Shown in pieces: positions 35,120-48,724 of a stretch of DNA of 64,000 nt (position 1 is its first letter; each line of letters begins with the position of its first letter). The stretch spans positions 40,964,851-41,028,850 of the forward strand of contig CM074519.1 of assembly GCA_037379345.1 (NCBI GenBank), given 5' to 3'. A program made the position numbers and the translations under genes. A model generated the notes under the pieces. It was not told where the DNA came from. It worked only from the letters and a program-made list of their open reading frames with translations, and did no database searches. This DNA comes from Perna viridis (taxonomy: Eukaryota).

Positions 35120-36554
35120 GGTAACCTGATAACTGCTATCGTAACAGAGCTTTATGTGCTATAAAATCAAGTTTAACCCCCCATTTTCATCTGAAATGAC
35201 TGTAAAAATTGCGATTGTTTAAAATCTTTGTTTGTTGCTTTGATATTTGTTTGTTTTATGACCTTTCCTTCTTTATCTATTTCGTTTAATTATTGCCTTG
35301 AGGTTTTTTTTTAACTTTTTAGTATTACATTTATTTTGTTAATTATAAATTCTTTGCTCCCGTCTTTACTGTTCGTTTTCTTTCGAAGATTGGAGAGAAT
35401 TAGATTAGTAAATTAACAGTGCAAGAGCTTAATTAGATTTGTCTTTCAAAAGCCATGGCTGGACAGTGCCTTGATAGCGTGATTGTCAGAAGTTTGCTAA
35501 ACATTACAGAGAAATTGTTCAAAATTCGACTCGTACATCATGTAAAAAACGCTTTCATAAAAATTTAATTTTTGAAGTCGTATGTACGAGAATTTTATTG
35601 ATAAAATAGTAATAATGTAGAAATTTTTGATTACCGCTATAACCTTGGGTCCCTTGATTACTCTTTCAAATGTTGTTTGTTCAGATGTGCTTCATAATAG
35701 ATTTGTCTTTGTTTTCCTTTTGCTACTCGAACACAAAACTGTAGACAAATAACGAATAAAACGTAAAAATGTACAAATAGCCCTAAGATTTTAATAGCTT
35801 GATAATTTTTGCTAATAAAGAACATGTTTTTTTGTAAAGTATTATGAATAATCTTTGTTCTAACTATAATCTTTCAAGACAGTAATTAAGAGAACCAAGG
35901 TTCTAGCGGTAATCAAAAGAATGTAATAAATAATATAAGCTGTTCTGTCAAACTTTATTTTAGGTTGCGTTATTTTATTGAATTAAAATTGGGAGGAGTT
36001 TAACGCTATAAAACTCACCACACACACACAGTTTTAATACATGTACCTGTACCAAAATTATTACGGTTGATTTCAAACTTTCGGTTTTTGCCTGTATTCG
36101 ATTTCTTACAAAGACTACTACTAAATACGTTTAAGAATGTTAGTTAAGTACATTTTATAAAATACCATTATTTAGATGTCATAAAATTGCTTTGGTCGCT
36201 GATGATTTGTTGCGTAATCAATACATTTCTTATAATTGAAATAGATTTGTTGCGTTTCTTATAATTGAAATAATGTTTTCCGAACATAGGAAACCGGAAA
36301 ATTTGAAAATATTTTTGGAAAATGGAAAATTTGACTTTGCTTATAGTAATTATGTTCTGTAAACTAAACATATTTAAATGACCTTGCACACGTTGTAACT
36401 GATCTGTTTAAGATCTTTCTCCTACTAAATCAATTAAATATTAGTTTGTACGAAAATAATTTTCCAATTACACAAACATTAAATTATTTAGCTAATTAAT
36501 ATGCACTTCAACGACCAATTATTTGTTCTTCGAACTTGCAATTTCCTACTTCAT

Positions 36555-36950
36555 TTACCTCGGACTGGACTTGAATTTTCATGAGTAATTAAGCGGGTGT
36601 TTCTAGAAAGCGGTGGATGCTAACCCTACCGGTGCACCTGGTCCTTGTTTCCAGTTTTAGAATCCGAGATGTTCATTTACATAGTTTCTTAATACGTATG
36701 TTTTTTTGTCATATTATGTTCTTTGTTGTGTGGCGTCTGGTTTCTCTGTCTGGTATTTGACACAGGATTGCATTCTTTTGTTTTCCGCTAGAATCTTGGT
36801 CCCCTTGATTACTCTTATTATTTTATCAAAACCCATTTACTATGAGCAACTCGGCGGGTGTTTCTGGAAAAGCAGAGGACGCTAATCCTACCGATGTATG
36901 TGATCCATGCTTCCAGTTTTAAGTGTTCCGAGTTGTTCATTTACTTTTAT
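36555..36950 (+). mobile_element. Two tandem degenerate Penelope-like 3' fragments
   Basis: GGGTGTTTCT(A/G)GAAA..CCTACCG motif at ~36595 and ~36856. The first copy ends CCCTTGATTACTCTT at ~36797. Confidence 0.8.
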
Positions 36951-36999
36951 ATTGTTTCATGAAATATGATATTTTGTAAATTTATAAATTGAAAAAAAG

Positions 37000-38095
37000 G
37001 GAACTTGAAAAAAAAAAATACCAAGTGTCATTGAAATTGCAGAAAATATGAAAATCCGAAAATTCCCCATTTTATGAAAAACTCAATATTGTCTTATTGC
37101 AACTGAAAATAAGTGCTGAAATGAGCAGGTATGTTGAATACGTCTATAATTAAAAATACTAGTAGAACCTAACTTGTTTTTTTTTACATGTGCTAAACAT
37201 TAATATTTGGGTTCATCATGAGGTATTCTTTTCATAGGTGGGGGTGGCAGTTTTCCACCTAATTTTACTAGGAAAAGTTCAAATATTTATTATTTGAACT
37301 CATTACAAAGCTAAGACAGTACATAATTATATTTGAATGCAAAAAACTCATTTGAAGTACTGTATTTGAAAAAAAAAATTGCCAATTATAGGTAAAAAGG
37401 AAGGAAAAATGAATGTCCGGAAATTCCCTTTTTTACGAAAAACTCATTATCACATTGAAATGAAAAATACCCTCCTGAAATGACAAGATATGTTGAATAC
37501 TTCGATAGTTAAAACAATAGTACCCAACATGTCAAATATTAACATTTTAGTTCATGTTGAGGAATTTTTCAAGGGTAGGGATGGCAATTTTTCACCTAAC
37601 TTGACTTTGAAAAGTTCAAATATTTATAGCTTGGGCTCATTTTGAAGCTACGACACTATGTTAGTGTAACATTTCACGCAAAAGCTTATTTCAACTACAG
37701 TATTATGAAAAAAATATAAGAAAATTATAAAATTCTGAAAATTCCCGTTATAGTAATTGACACCGAAAAAAAAATCTAAGCGTATTCCTTGATCAGATAT
37801 GTTAGGAACATCTTTATCTTAATTATGAATGCCTAAAATATGAGTTCTATAATGGCAGTATGCTGTGAATGAGAATTCATTTTGATACTGAGACCAGTTT
37901 TCTCGGGGTAGGGGTAATATTTTAAACATGTTTTGAAAATTCTTTCTTAAAAAATAGTTCTTCGTGGTTCATTTATGTCGAAAATAAAATTATCTATCGA
38001 ATGATACCAAATTTGAGATGTTTTACTTGAGTAATAACTTGAAAAGTCGAATTTATGTGATTTTGACCGAAAAATCGAAATCACATTTTTGTCAA
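37000..38095 (+). repeat. Dispersed repeat of ~340-bp subunits, copy B
   Basis: Subunit motif at ~37235, 37573 and 37905; aligns with copy A at 19960-20900. Confidence 0.7.
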
Positions 38096-38764
38096 AAAAC
38101 AAGATATTCTTACTTACTTATCATTATTACACCACGCGGCTTTTTCAAAGTTAAAATGGTTTTGAAAATAGCCACTCAAATTTTTGTTCGATGTTAAACC
38201 CAAAACGACATCAAACGCCAATTTGGTTTTCTAATTAAATGTTGTAAACTATACTAAGAATATCTTGTTGTTTGGCAGGTATTCCAGGATCGAACAAAAG
38301 GACAAAAACTACTGTAGGAGCTGAGGCAGGAACAACTGTAGTCGCTTTTGAGGACATTCCAACATCTGCAAATCGTTCAAGTAAATCTCGATGCAAGGAT
38401 AAAGGGTTATAAAAGACATAGCCTCACGTAGAACAGTCGGTGTTAAGCCTCAAACTAATGAACAAATATCCATATTAATTTTTTACAGTGTTTTCATTTA
38501 CGTTAAGAGAACTATTATCATATATTGGAAAATCGGATGTATATAATTGTCATCATATGAAGTTTGTCCTTTAACCCTCACAACTAGGACAACCTAATAT
38601 CAAAAACTTCAATTAAAAACAAATAAACTTATTAAGTTGGAAGTGAAAAATGTAATACACAAACAAATATTTGTGCTTTTTTGGACTTACTTTATGTTTA
38701 ACTGTTAACCAACATGTAAAGTAAGAAATATTTACTTCAGGGCAAAAAGTAGTCAGGGCGTATA

Positions 38765-39000
38765 AGAGTAATCAAGGGAACCAAGGGACAAATACCCGGC
38801 ATGGAAAACAAACATACACAACAAAGAACATAAAGTAACAAAAAAAAATGCATACAAAGTAACCAAAGCAAATAGAAACTCGGACTCCACTAAAATCTCG
38901 GAGCATAACCATGTGCACCGGTAGGATAAGCGTCCTCTGCTTTTTTAGAAACACTCGCCGAGTTGCTCATAAAATGTCAAGTCCGGGGTAGACGAAAGAA
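38765..39000 (-). mobile_element. Penelope-like 3' fragment
   Basis: AAGAGTAATCAAGGGAACCAAGG...GCCGAGTTGCTCAT...CCGGGGTAGACG. Confidence 0.85.
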
Positions 39001-39851
39001 GAAAGCAAATCTATATAGTGTTGTTTCAGATCCAAACAGAAAACCAAAGACCAGCCATATAAGCAGTGATCCATAATCTACACCCATTTGTTATAATACT
39101 ATAAATAGCCTTCTAATTCCTCCTTCGTCAGCCAATCAGAAATTACAGTGACAAAATAGCCAAAATTATAAACTAATAGCGAAAAAGTGCTTGGATATAC
39201 TCTTCGATGTAGTTATACTAAATATATATATACTAAAATTGTTGCGCCGTTTTTTTCGTAGTTCTGCTATAAATGTTATTTCATGCAGTTCTAAATTTAC
39301 GACCGTTCATCACATTGTACTGTATTTTTTCTTCGAAGAATGTATTCACGACAGTTTAATTCAAGTGTAACGAATTTTTACGCGAAAAAAGCGAAAATAA
39401 AAATGCCGTGATAATTTCACGGTTTTTCAGCAGCTTGATATGAAGGTATAAACATGACCCATATGAGATATGAATGCTTGGATTTATTATTACTTGAGAT
39501 TAATTTACAAAGTTACTAAATATCTTATTTCATGAAAAAAATATGAAATATTTTCAATACAAAGCAGTAATTTTCAAATGTTTTGATTGCTATTTTATAA
39601 CTGTAAATAGTAAATGAACGGACAGAATAAAGAAGAAACTTGCAAAATGAAACTAGTTACTATGCCTTTGACATTTTTCAGGCATTTCAAGTGTGTAGGT
39701 CATGTTTTTATCATTTTGCTTTTTTATTTCGAATCCATGTTTCGTTTTTTCCTTCTTTTTGCTTATATTCAGTTTTAATGTGAGATCTAATAAGCAGAAT
39801 GCCGACATTGTTGACAAAAATAAAAAGAAATATCTATAACAACAAAAATTA

Positions 39852-40507
39852 AAGAGTAACAAAGGTTATAGTGGTAATTAAAGAGTAATCAAGGGAACGA
39901 AGGTTATAGCGGTAATCAAAGAGTAATCAAGGGAACGAAGGTTATAGTGGTAAAAGAAAGAGTAATCAAGGGAACCAAGATTATAGCGGTAATCAAAGAG
40001 TAATCAAGGGAACGAAGGTTATAGTGGTAAAAGAAAGAGTAATCAAGGGACCCAAGATTATAGTGGTAATCAAAGAGTAATCAAGGGAACCAAGGTTATA
40101 GTGGTAATCAAAGAGTAATCAAGGGAACCAAGGTTATAGCGGTAATAGAGTAATCAAAGGAACAAAGGTTACAGCGGTAATCAAAAGAATGTAATCCAAG
40201 GACAAAGAACAGACATAGAAAACAGACGTACACAACAAAGAACACAAAGTAACAAAAGCAAAATGAGCAACTCGAACTCCACTAAAAACTGGGAGAATGG
40301 ACCAGGTGTACCGGTAGGGTAAGCGTCTTTTCTGCTTTTCTAGAAACACCCGCCGAGTTGCTCATAAAAACAAAATTCGGGGTAGACGAAAGAGGAAAGG
40401 AAAACTATGACACTTTGAACAAATCAGTTTTCATGGCGCAGATGGATACACGGTAACGATCCACGAGTTCACGATGACGACCATAAAACTCCTGTAGTGA
40501 AGCTTCA
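39852..40507 (-). mobile_element. Penelope-like 3' fragment whose terminal 38 nt are tandemly reiterated
   Basis: Element body at 40146-40507. Units of AAGAGTAATCAAGGGAACCAAGGTTATAG(C/T)GGTAATCA start at 39881, 39919, 39958, 39996, 40035, 40073 and 40111, with a shortened unit at 39852. Confidence 0.92.
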
Positions 40508-41019
40508 AAGTTTATGATAAAAAATGTAAAATTGAAGATTTCTTTTTAATAGAACAGCAAAAAGGTATTGCAAGTCGTGGAACATTTTACCACCTTTATT
40601 GACCTTAGTAGCCCGACGGGGTTTTGACAAAAAATCAGATACTGCTTTGAGCGATGGTTTGTCCTGCTCATTTTCTCTTGTGCGTCATTTTTGGTTCGTT
40701 TGTATAACTGTTTGTGATACATGTGTTTCCTCTTTTGTGTCCCCGATGTTCGACTGTCAAAAGTATTTCCTGCGTTCATACTTTTCGATATTACTTATAC
40801 TTTTCGAATATTCCACTACACTGAACTCAGAATAACAATCAGATCGTTTGTACTTAAATGAAAAGCTCATTTCTTTAAACGAAATATGACAAAATCCGTA
40901 ATATTTCATTAGTATACACATCAATAACTTCACGAAAAATAAATGGCAATGTCATTTTAAGCTAGTAACAATATTTTTTGTTCTCTTTAATTTCTGATTT
41001 AATTGTCAGAGCATAAATA

Positions 41020-42555
41020 AAATTTAAAACAGTTCCTAAGGAGACATTCGCCCGAAGTTACGTTTTCATCAAGCTTCTTGAAGCCGAGATTATCTTCAGT
41101 TACGTAAAGGATGTTAACATATCCTTTCTCTCTCCTACAATACACCACAGTATTTATGGTACAGTTATAACGTCTTGTGAGCCGGTCTTACAACAAAAGG
41201 TCAGTACATATACACTTTATACGGATATTACCCGTGTAAGCATGAATTCTACAAGGATTGAGAATCTGTAACGAAAGGGAATCTCCGATATTTCATCGCT
41301 TATGAAATTGACAGAATAAGCAAATCGTATGAGGGACAACATTTGTTTGAGTAATTTTCGAATTTTGTTTTTTAGTCAAACTTGCTAACATTAAAAAAAT
41401 AAATATTTGAGAGGTCGAAAATTTCATTGTTTGAGAAATCCATTTCAAGATTTGTGTATAATGGTAAAGCCGAAGGGACAGCCGTCCCGTATTAGCACAG
41501 CTAACAACAGCAAATACATCTTGGTGGGCATCTTTATACCATTGATAAATTACGAATCAGCCTTTGCAGATTAGTTGACTCTATCAGACCAAGGAAGCAC
41601 ACATCTTTTAACTCCATTGGCGAATGACATTTAACTCCATAGGCGATTTACATCTAACTCCTTGGCGAGTCACATACAACTTTGAAATATTCTCGGTATA
41701 TTTTTGTGCTATAGTTACAACTCTAATTGCAAATGCATATAGTTTTCGATCATTTTGTCTTAAGTCAAACCCATAAAATATTAGTTTTCCTAAATGGTAA
41801 ATATTTGTAAAGCCAATAAAAATGATGCACTTATTGTAAGAAAAATCAACCATACCTCGTCGTCCAAAACCATCACTGTTCTTGCAGTGCCATTGTAATT
41901 TATTAACTATTTTTGAAATGTTGTTGTGACAAAAGCCTACTTATGCAAAACTTTCCTTGTTTTTATCACATTATATTAGTGACATCTACTGTGGAGAGCA
42001 GGTTATGATAAAAATTCACAAAACAAAGACTGCCCTAGATTTTAAAAAGAAAGCCAAATTCAATATACCTTATTTGATTGTAAGACATGTCGATCATCTG
42101 TATATATTTCATGTCAATAAATGTTTCATTCTTCATATAGTAAATAAGATTTCATTTCAGAATGAATATCATTTAGTTTTTTTCAGAATTCAATTCAATA
42201 CCAATTGTGTTGAAGGAAAAGTCTATTAATAAACATGTTGAAAATTGCACGAATGATTTGCCCTACTAACCATTATAAGTGTCATGATAATTTGTCTAAT
42301 ACTGTATCCGCCGCTGTCCGTCTAAAAGCTCAAAAAATATATTACCACTCTCGTTATATTTTATGTTCGATGACCCGAAATATTGATATGTTAAGTCAGC
42401 ATAGCGTGCACATTGCATTCCTAAATTCGACAAGAAAGAACACCAAAAAAAAAGCAAATGACGTCTGCTCTGTTGAAACATTGTGTTAAATTCATTGATG
42501 AAAATGTCAAACGGAGCACTGGAAGTGTCAATGCAAAAATCAGAAGGCTATTCAT
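41020..42555 (-). pseudogene. TLR pseudogene, paralogue of 25580-27859 (ectodomain to start of TM; no TIR recognisable)
   Basis: Collinear nucleotide matches, e.g. ACATCTTGGTGGGCATCTTT (41517 vs 26808), GGATTGAGAATCTGTAA and AAGTCAAACCCATAA. ATG at 42555 gives MNSLLIFALTLPVL. Many stops and indels. Confidence 0.9.
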
Positions 42556-42771
42556 TATTGCATTCCATCAGATAACTGTTCTTCCTTCAACATTGAAGCT
42601 TTAGGATTGTCAATAAAATTATTTCTCCCTCAAGTAGAATACACAGAAGGAATATTAATGCTTCAATGACAATGGGTGTATAACTGCCTTTCTCAAATAC
42701 AATGCCAAAATACCGTTTGAAATATCCGTTTTCATCAATGTGTATATCAAACTATTCTTTCAATTCTATGA

Positions 42772-43183
42772 TCCCCGCACTTTGCCCACAGGGTAGCTGG
42801 GTTGTATGCCCCTGGTAGTGGAATGGGGTACCCCTGGCATGTTACATGCTGGGGTCGTCAGGCCATAGTTCAGAAAACCTGACCGCAAACCTGAGTGGTG
42901 CAACGTGTTGGAAAACTTGCCACGTTCCTCCCAAATTAAAGAACAATTCCATGGTATTCTAACGGAGTAGGAACCATTTGGTTCCGCCACAGGAGGCTAA
43001 ATTGCCCCTATTTTCAGTGGCAATCAAAATTTGTCGACCCAATTATCCCCGTGTGCAATCCCATTTTTCATTTCATCATCGTTTCATGTTCATTTTATCA
43101 TCCATTTCATGTTCATCGCCTGAATATACCTGACATATTGCTGCTGCTGCTCTGGCGTTAAACCCAATCAATCAATCAATCAA
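42772..43183 (+). mobile_element. 5'-truncated copy of the SINE-like retroposon
   Basis: Aligns with 32950-33355. (CAAT)n tail. 12-bp TSD TCAATTCTATGA (42760-42771 and 43184-43195). Confidence 0.88.
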
Positions 43184-43849
43184 TCAATTCTATGACAACA
43201 ACTCCATTGAATATTTATTCACTTACATATGATAATTATGTAATATACGAAAAAATCCAACCACATAAATAAAAGCTCATTAAAAAATGCAACGCTGTAT
43301 CTGATAATTCTCTGAAAGTTAAATACGAATGTACCGTTATTTAGATCCTATTGATATGGGGATAGATACAATAGAAAGCGACATTTAATGATGCAATGTC
43401 GAACTTGTTGAAGTGAAGAACATTTGCATGTCTACTCTATGAAGTACATAGTGTGTTACGAAGTTCATTTGTCTACAGGTGAATAATAAAAGGTAGTTTA
43501 TTTTTTATAATCTCAAGAAGTTGGCGATAAAACAGTTTGTTCGTATAACTGAGCATGTTTGTAAGCGAAACATAAATTATATGTGAAATATTATGTTTAT
43601 TTTTCTTTTTTTTCAATCAGCTCCGGAACGTTAATACACATATGTGTTTACTGCAATATTAGCATTAAAATCGATTAACAGCTTTAGGTGTATGTGGTCT
43701 GCCCTTCAGACGTAGTGCAATGGGATTATAAATGTATTACAAAGAAGATTGAGTAAATTGTTAATGAACATGAATGTTGTCATACTAATACTTTAATTTA
43801 ATAAGAAATGAAACATGATTTTTGGATTAAAAAGTGATATTTAATATCA

Positions 43850-44130
43850 ATGAGTAATTAAGGGAACAAAAATTCGAGCAGAAATCAAAAGAATATATTC
43901 TAAAAAATACTGGGAGCATTGATCAGATGTATCGGTACGGTAAACGTCGTCTGCTTTTCTATAAACACCTAACTAATTGCTCACGACCGGAACCGTTTAA
44001 AGAGGAACTATAATACAGAAAACAAATCAGTTCTCATGGTATACCATAGTGACCAGAAATTTCTGTATAGATTCTTTCAATCTTGTGACAACATTCTTCA
44101 GAAACTGTGAGCATGATACCAAAATCCGCA
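43850..44130 (-). mobile_element. Highly degenerate Penelope-like 3' fragment
   Basis: GAGTAATTAAGGGAACAA...CTGGGAGCAT...CTGCTTTTCTATAAACACC...TTCAATCTTGT resembles the family 3' end. Confidence 0.6.
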
Positions 44131-46205
44131 AAGTTAAAGCAAGCAATATTTGGTGTTTCTCACAAGAAAAACACCCTTTTTATAGATTTGACAAAAAGGG
44201 TCCTTAATAATAATAAGGATTATAATAATATAACATTATAACAATACAACATGCTCAATTAACCTTGCATCTTGACATACTTCTACCATACGTAACACGT
44301 ATTGCGACCAACTGCTGCATTATCATTAGCTGATGTCTGGTTTCTATTTGGTTCCACTAAAACAACATTTCTGTGTTGTATGTTCAAGGGGTACTCTGGT
44401 CTTACATGTTCATGAATGACTTTGAAACTAAGTTTGCCTAAAACAATTGTACTAATTTATAAAACAGACAAACAGGTTTTATGTAATTTGTTTTAATATA
44501 ATTTGATACAATAACAAAAATTGCCAGTTATTTGCTGTTTGTGTATTGTTTTTGAAATAGGCTGTTTTACTGCGTTTTTATTTCTTGCATTATCACCTAC
44601 CTATGTTTACAAATTAAATTTATTATTTTTTAAATTATATTTTTTAGGTTATTCTGGTTTCGCTTTGTCACACTGAAAGCGTTCACAAAAACAGGTAGAA
44701 TGTGTAGAATGAAGAACGGATCTGATAATATGTAACAAACATTTCAAATTTGGCACAAAAAATAAACCACCATGTAGATGTGCATATGGGCATTCATTTT
44801 TCAAACATTTAAGAAACGACCGCTGTCCAAACTATAAAAAAGTCGTCAAAAAAACAAAAAAAAAAAAAAAATCGTACAATGTTTATACTTAGTTAAAAAA
44901 ATAGGACACCACAAGGGCTTCAAATCGGCGCTATTGAAATTTAATAAATGGCCGCCAACACGAAACCGAAATAAAAAAGAAATTGACAACTTCAAAGGGC
45001 CGTAAAAACTGATTTTATATGCTCCTGTGATAATGCGGGGCATGGGGGAACATTCTGTAAAGCTGTGCGTAACAATTGTATCTAGTTGTATTTGATTTGC
45101 AAGCATAAGACTAATTGCATTACAATTAACCAAGAAAAATTGATTAAGATCTCAGTGTTTGTAATTAATTACCTTATATCTATGCATACAGAGTTGTTAG
45201 CTAGTTGGGCTGCTTCTGCTCATTTCGTTGTTGTGTCTAAGTTGTTCCTCGTACAATGCATATTGTTTATATTACCGACTTTTCTGATTTCTTTCTAAAT
45301 AGTTCACTGTAATGCAAGGTTACTTGTTTAGATGAAGGATAATGACAAAATTACTGAAACTGATTAATTTATGCAGTAGTCAACAGGAAAGTGTTTGTAA
45401 TACATGGCAATATAAGGGTAAAAACTAGAAATGGTCCTGATTAGGTACATGCATTTCAAAATGGACGGTGCGTTAAACCAGATTTTATAGCCTGCATAAT
45501 CCACTGAGATAACTTCTGTCATCAAATTCGAGGTGAAGGTCTAAAATGACGCGGAAGGAGATATTTTAGTAGTATCTTTTTAAATTATAGTTCTGGTTTA
45601 TAAACACTAGTAAAGGAAAGCGATTCGTTGGGTTATTAGTTAACAGTACAATGTTAATCAATCGATATGTAAAATAAAAAAATCTAGCCTCTATAACCTT
45701 TTTTTTGTCGTTCACAAGAATTCATAGGAACAGACGCTGCAGAGTAAACCTGTATTTCATGGTTTGTTTGTTTGTTTTTTTTCTTTACCAAAATAGCCTT
45801 TCCTTGTCTCCTTTTCGACATCAAGAACTTATCGCAGATTATAATGTAAGAACGAAGCAAATAATAACAGATGTGGTTTTTTTCACTACACTCAAAACAT
45901 TTGATTTTAAACCAAATTTGATTTTACTGTACAGAACAGAAACCTACAACGGCCGGAATTCTTAAGGTCACCATGGAAGCGGGGGCTTTGGCAATTCATA
46001 ATACCTGATTTAAAACCACTATTTCATTTTAAAATGTCTGTTCCAAGTCAGGAACCAAGTGGCTGTTTCCAATTCACGGTTTATTCTTGACTTTGCATTT
46101 TCAAGTATTTAATATGTCACTCCAATTTATGATTTTGAGTTTTGTTATTTTGTGTTTACTTTCACTTGAAAGTGATGACACTCAAAGTTGATATATAGAC
46201 TGAAC

Positions 46206-48588
46206 GGTGTCTTCCACCTATTCCCACTTTTTAAAAAACATTATTCCTCCTATTCGCACATACAAGTTTCTTTGATGTTTTGATTTGTTTTTATAGTAAT
46301 TAAGCCCTACATAAATGACACCTTCTGTTTACCTGTGTTTACCTTTATTTTGCAATTTTTGTGCATATTTTATATTTTTACATAAGTATGAAAGAGAATG
46401 AGATTTAAACAAATGGAACATAAATTTAAGATTTTATTATAATATGTGATATGATATTTAACAAAATATAAATATTATCAGAAACTGAAAAAAAACTAGA
46501 CCAGAATCTAGACATTTTGATGTAATTAAATTACAGCTTTCTAATTGATTAAATAATTATGAACTGGCAAAGCTGAGAAATATTAAATGTTTCATTGCAA
46601 GCTGATGTACTGATTTGACAGATATGTACTCAGCTGAGAACCCCAAGCTTCATGAACTCCAAGCCAATGTTTGACTATATATTGTTGTCCATTCCCAGTT
46701 TTTGTCATTAAATAGTTACAATGGCTAATGCAATACTACAAGTGAAGTTCGTTACAAACAGACTTGGCAACCAAAACCTAGTACACAATGGCTTAAAGTT
46801 TCAAGCAAAAGACAGAAGGGGTGAAAGGACTTACTGGAAATGTTCTACTGCAAATTGTCCTGCTACAATTAATACATTAAACAATATACCAACCAAAGTA
46901 TCAGCAAATCACAACCATGAGTCTGATAACGTGCAGTCGAAGGAAGATGTAGTCCTGCAGAGCATGAAAAAACGTTGCATAGATGAGCTCACTCCAGTTC
47001 CCACTATCTATGAAGAAGAATTAGTAAAACTCAGAACTGATGACTGGAATGACGACACACAAGAACTAGTGGAAAATATTCCTACTTTCCCATCTTGTAA
47101 ATCAGCCATGTACAACAAACGCAAGAAAACTTTACCAGTTTTACCAAAGACCGCTGATGACATCAACATAGATGGTATTTGGACACAGACCACAAAAGGA
47201 GACCTTTTCCTTTTAGTGGATGACAACACAGTTGGACACATGTTGATATTCAGTACACACAAGAATCTAACACACTTAGCACTTGCAGAAACTATATATG
47301 GTGACGGCACATTTCATACATGCCCTACTCAATTCTACCAACTGTACACATTCCACGCAATGGTTGACAACGCAATGTATCCGATAGTGTACAGCTTACT
47401 ACCAGCCAAGAGCGAACTTGTATATACCAGATTTCTTATTCTACTCAAAGATTTATGTCAACAACATCAACTGCAACTTCAACCTAATACTATCTTTCTG
47501 GACTATGAGGTCGCCATACGCAACGCAGCATACTCAATCTTTCCTGGCATCAACGCAAAGGGTTGTTTTTTTTTTCACTATACTCAGAGCATATGGCGAA
47601 AAGCTCAGGAAACAGGTCTACAAGTGCCTTACAAAGAAGACAACAACATCCACCAATTAGTACGTCGTGCAGCTGTGTTACCACTCATATCCACTGCTGA
47701 GGTCGAAGACGTATAGTTTAATGCCCTTACTGATATAGATGATGTTGAAAAAAACGCCAACTACGTTCCCTTCACTGACTATGTAACAACTTACTGGGTA
47801 GAGCAGAACAGACACTTATGGAACCACTACACAACAGAAGGTCCAAGGACAACCAATCACTTAGAAGGATGGCATAGTAAACTTAAGAAACATGTTCAAC
47901 ATCCACACCCAAACATATTCAGACTCATAAAACAACTGAAACATGAGGAAGCCATCCATGACTTGACTATGATTCAATACGCAGCTGGTGGTAAAAGAGC
48001 AGTACAAAAGAGAAAGTATGTAGACATTAACAACAGGTTAGCAGCACTCAAAACCAGACATCGTAACCAGGAAGTCACCACTGTCCAGTTTGGTGATGCA
48101 GCTTCATACCTTCTGCACCTTGACTAAATTGATGAACTGTTAAATTGTTATGTGAAAACAAAATTATTGTGTATGTTTAATATATATGATCTAGTGCTTA
48201 ATATCATAGAGACTGGTTGAATGAATGTGTTTAAACTGATATTGTAACTTTCTTATGTCTTATGACTTATGTATATCAAAAACTACTGATTCATTAATAT
48301 ACATTATGTATTCATATATATAACTGTTTATTTATATTTACTTAAATTAAAAAGTATAATATTCAAAATTTACTTGTTTCTTTTTTATTATATTTATGCA
48401 ACAAAATGGAAATTCACTGACAAAATATATCATTTACCTGTCATTAATTACAAAATCAATTAACACCTAATCAAACATTGTTTATACAGTATAATCCTTT
48501 ATCTACACTATTTTCCACCTATTCCCACATGAAAATTTACCTTTTTATTACCTATTTTTATAAAAAGTGGGAATAGGTGGAATGAAAC
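46206..48588 (+). mobile_element. Full-length Mutator-like (MULE) DNA transposon with TIRs and TSD
   Basis: TIR core TTCCACCTATTCCCACTTTTTA at ~46212 and its reverse complement at ~48561-48582. 8-bp TSD GACTGAAC (46198-46205 and 48589-48596). Internal transposase. Confidence 0.92.
46721..48127 (+). pseudogene. FLYWCH-MULE transposase with one premature stop (TAG 47714-47716)
   Basis: FLYWCH LVHNG.KF...TYWKC...CPA...HNH; DDE core YGDGTF..CP..FYQLYTFH, LDYE, GCFFFH. The same frame continues past the stop with WNHY...RTTNHLEGWHSKL to TAA at 48125-48127. Confidence 0.92.
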
Positions 48589-48724
48589 GACTGAACAAAT
48601 GCCTTTGTGCATGGTTGATGAAAATACAAGAGGCTTGACAAAGTAACTTATTCTGTAACAAATTATCAAGACAATACAGTCAATTAGTACAGCTATACAA
48701 ATGTCAATCAAATAACGACCCTTT

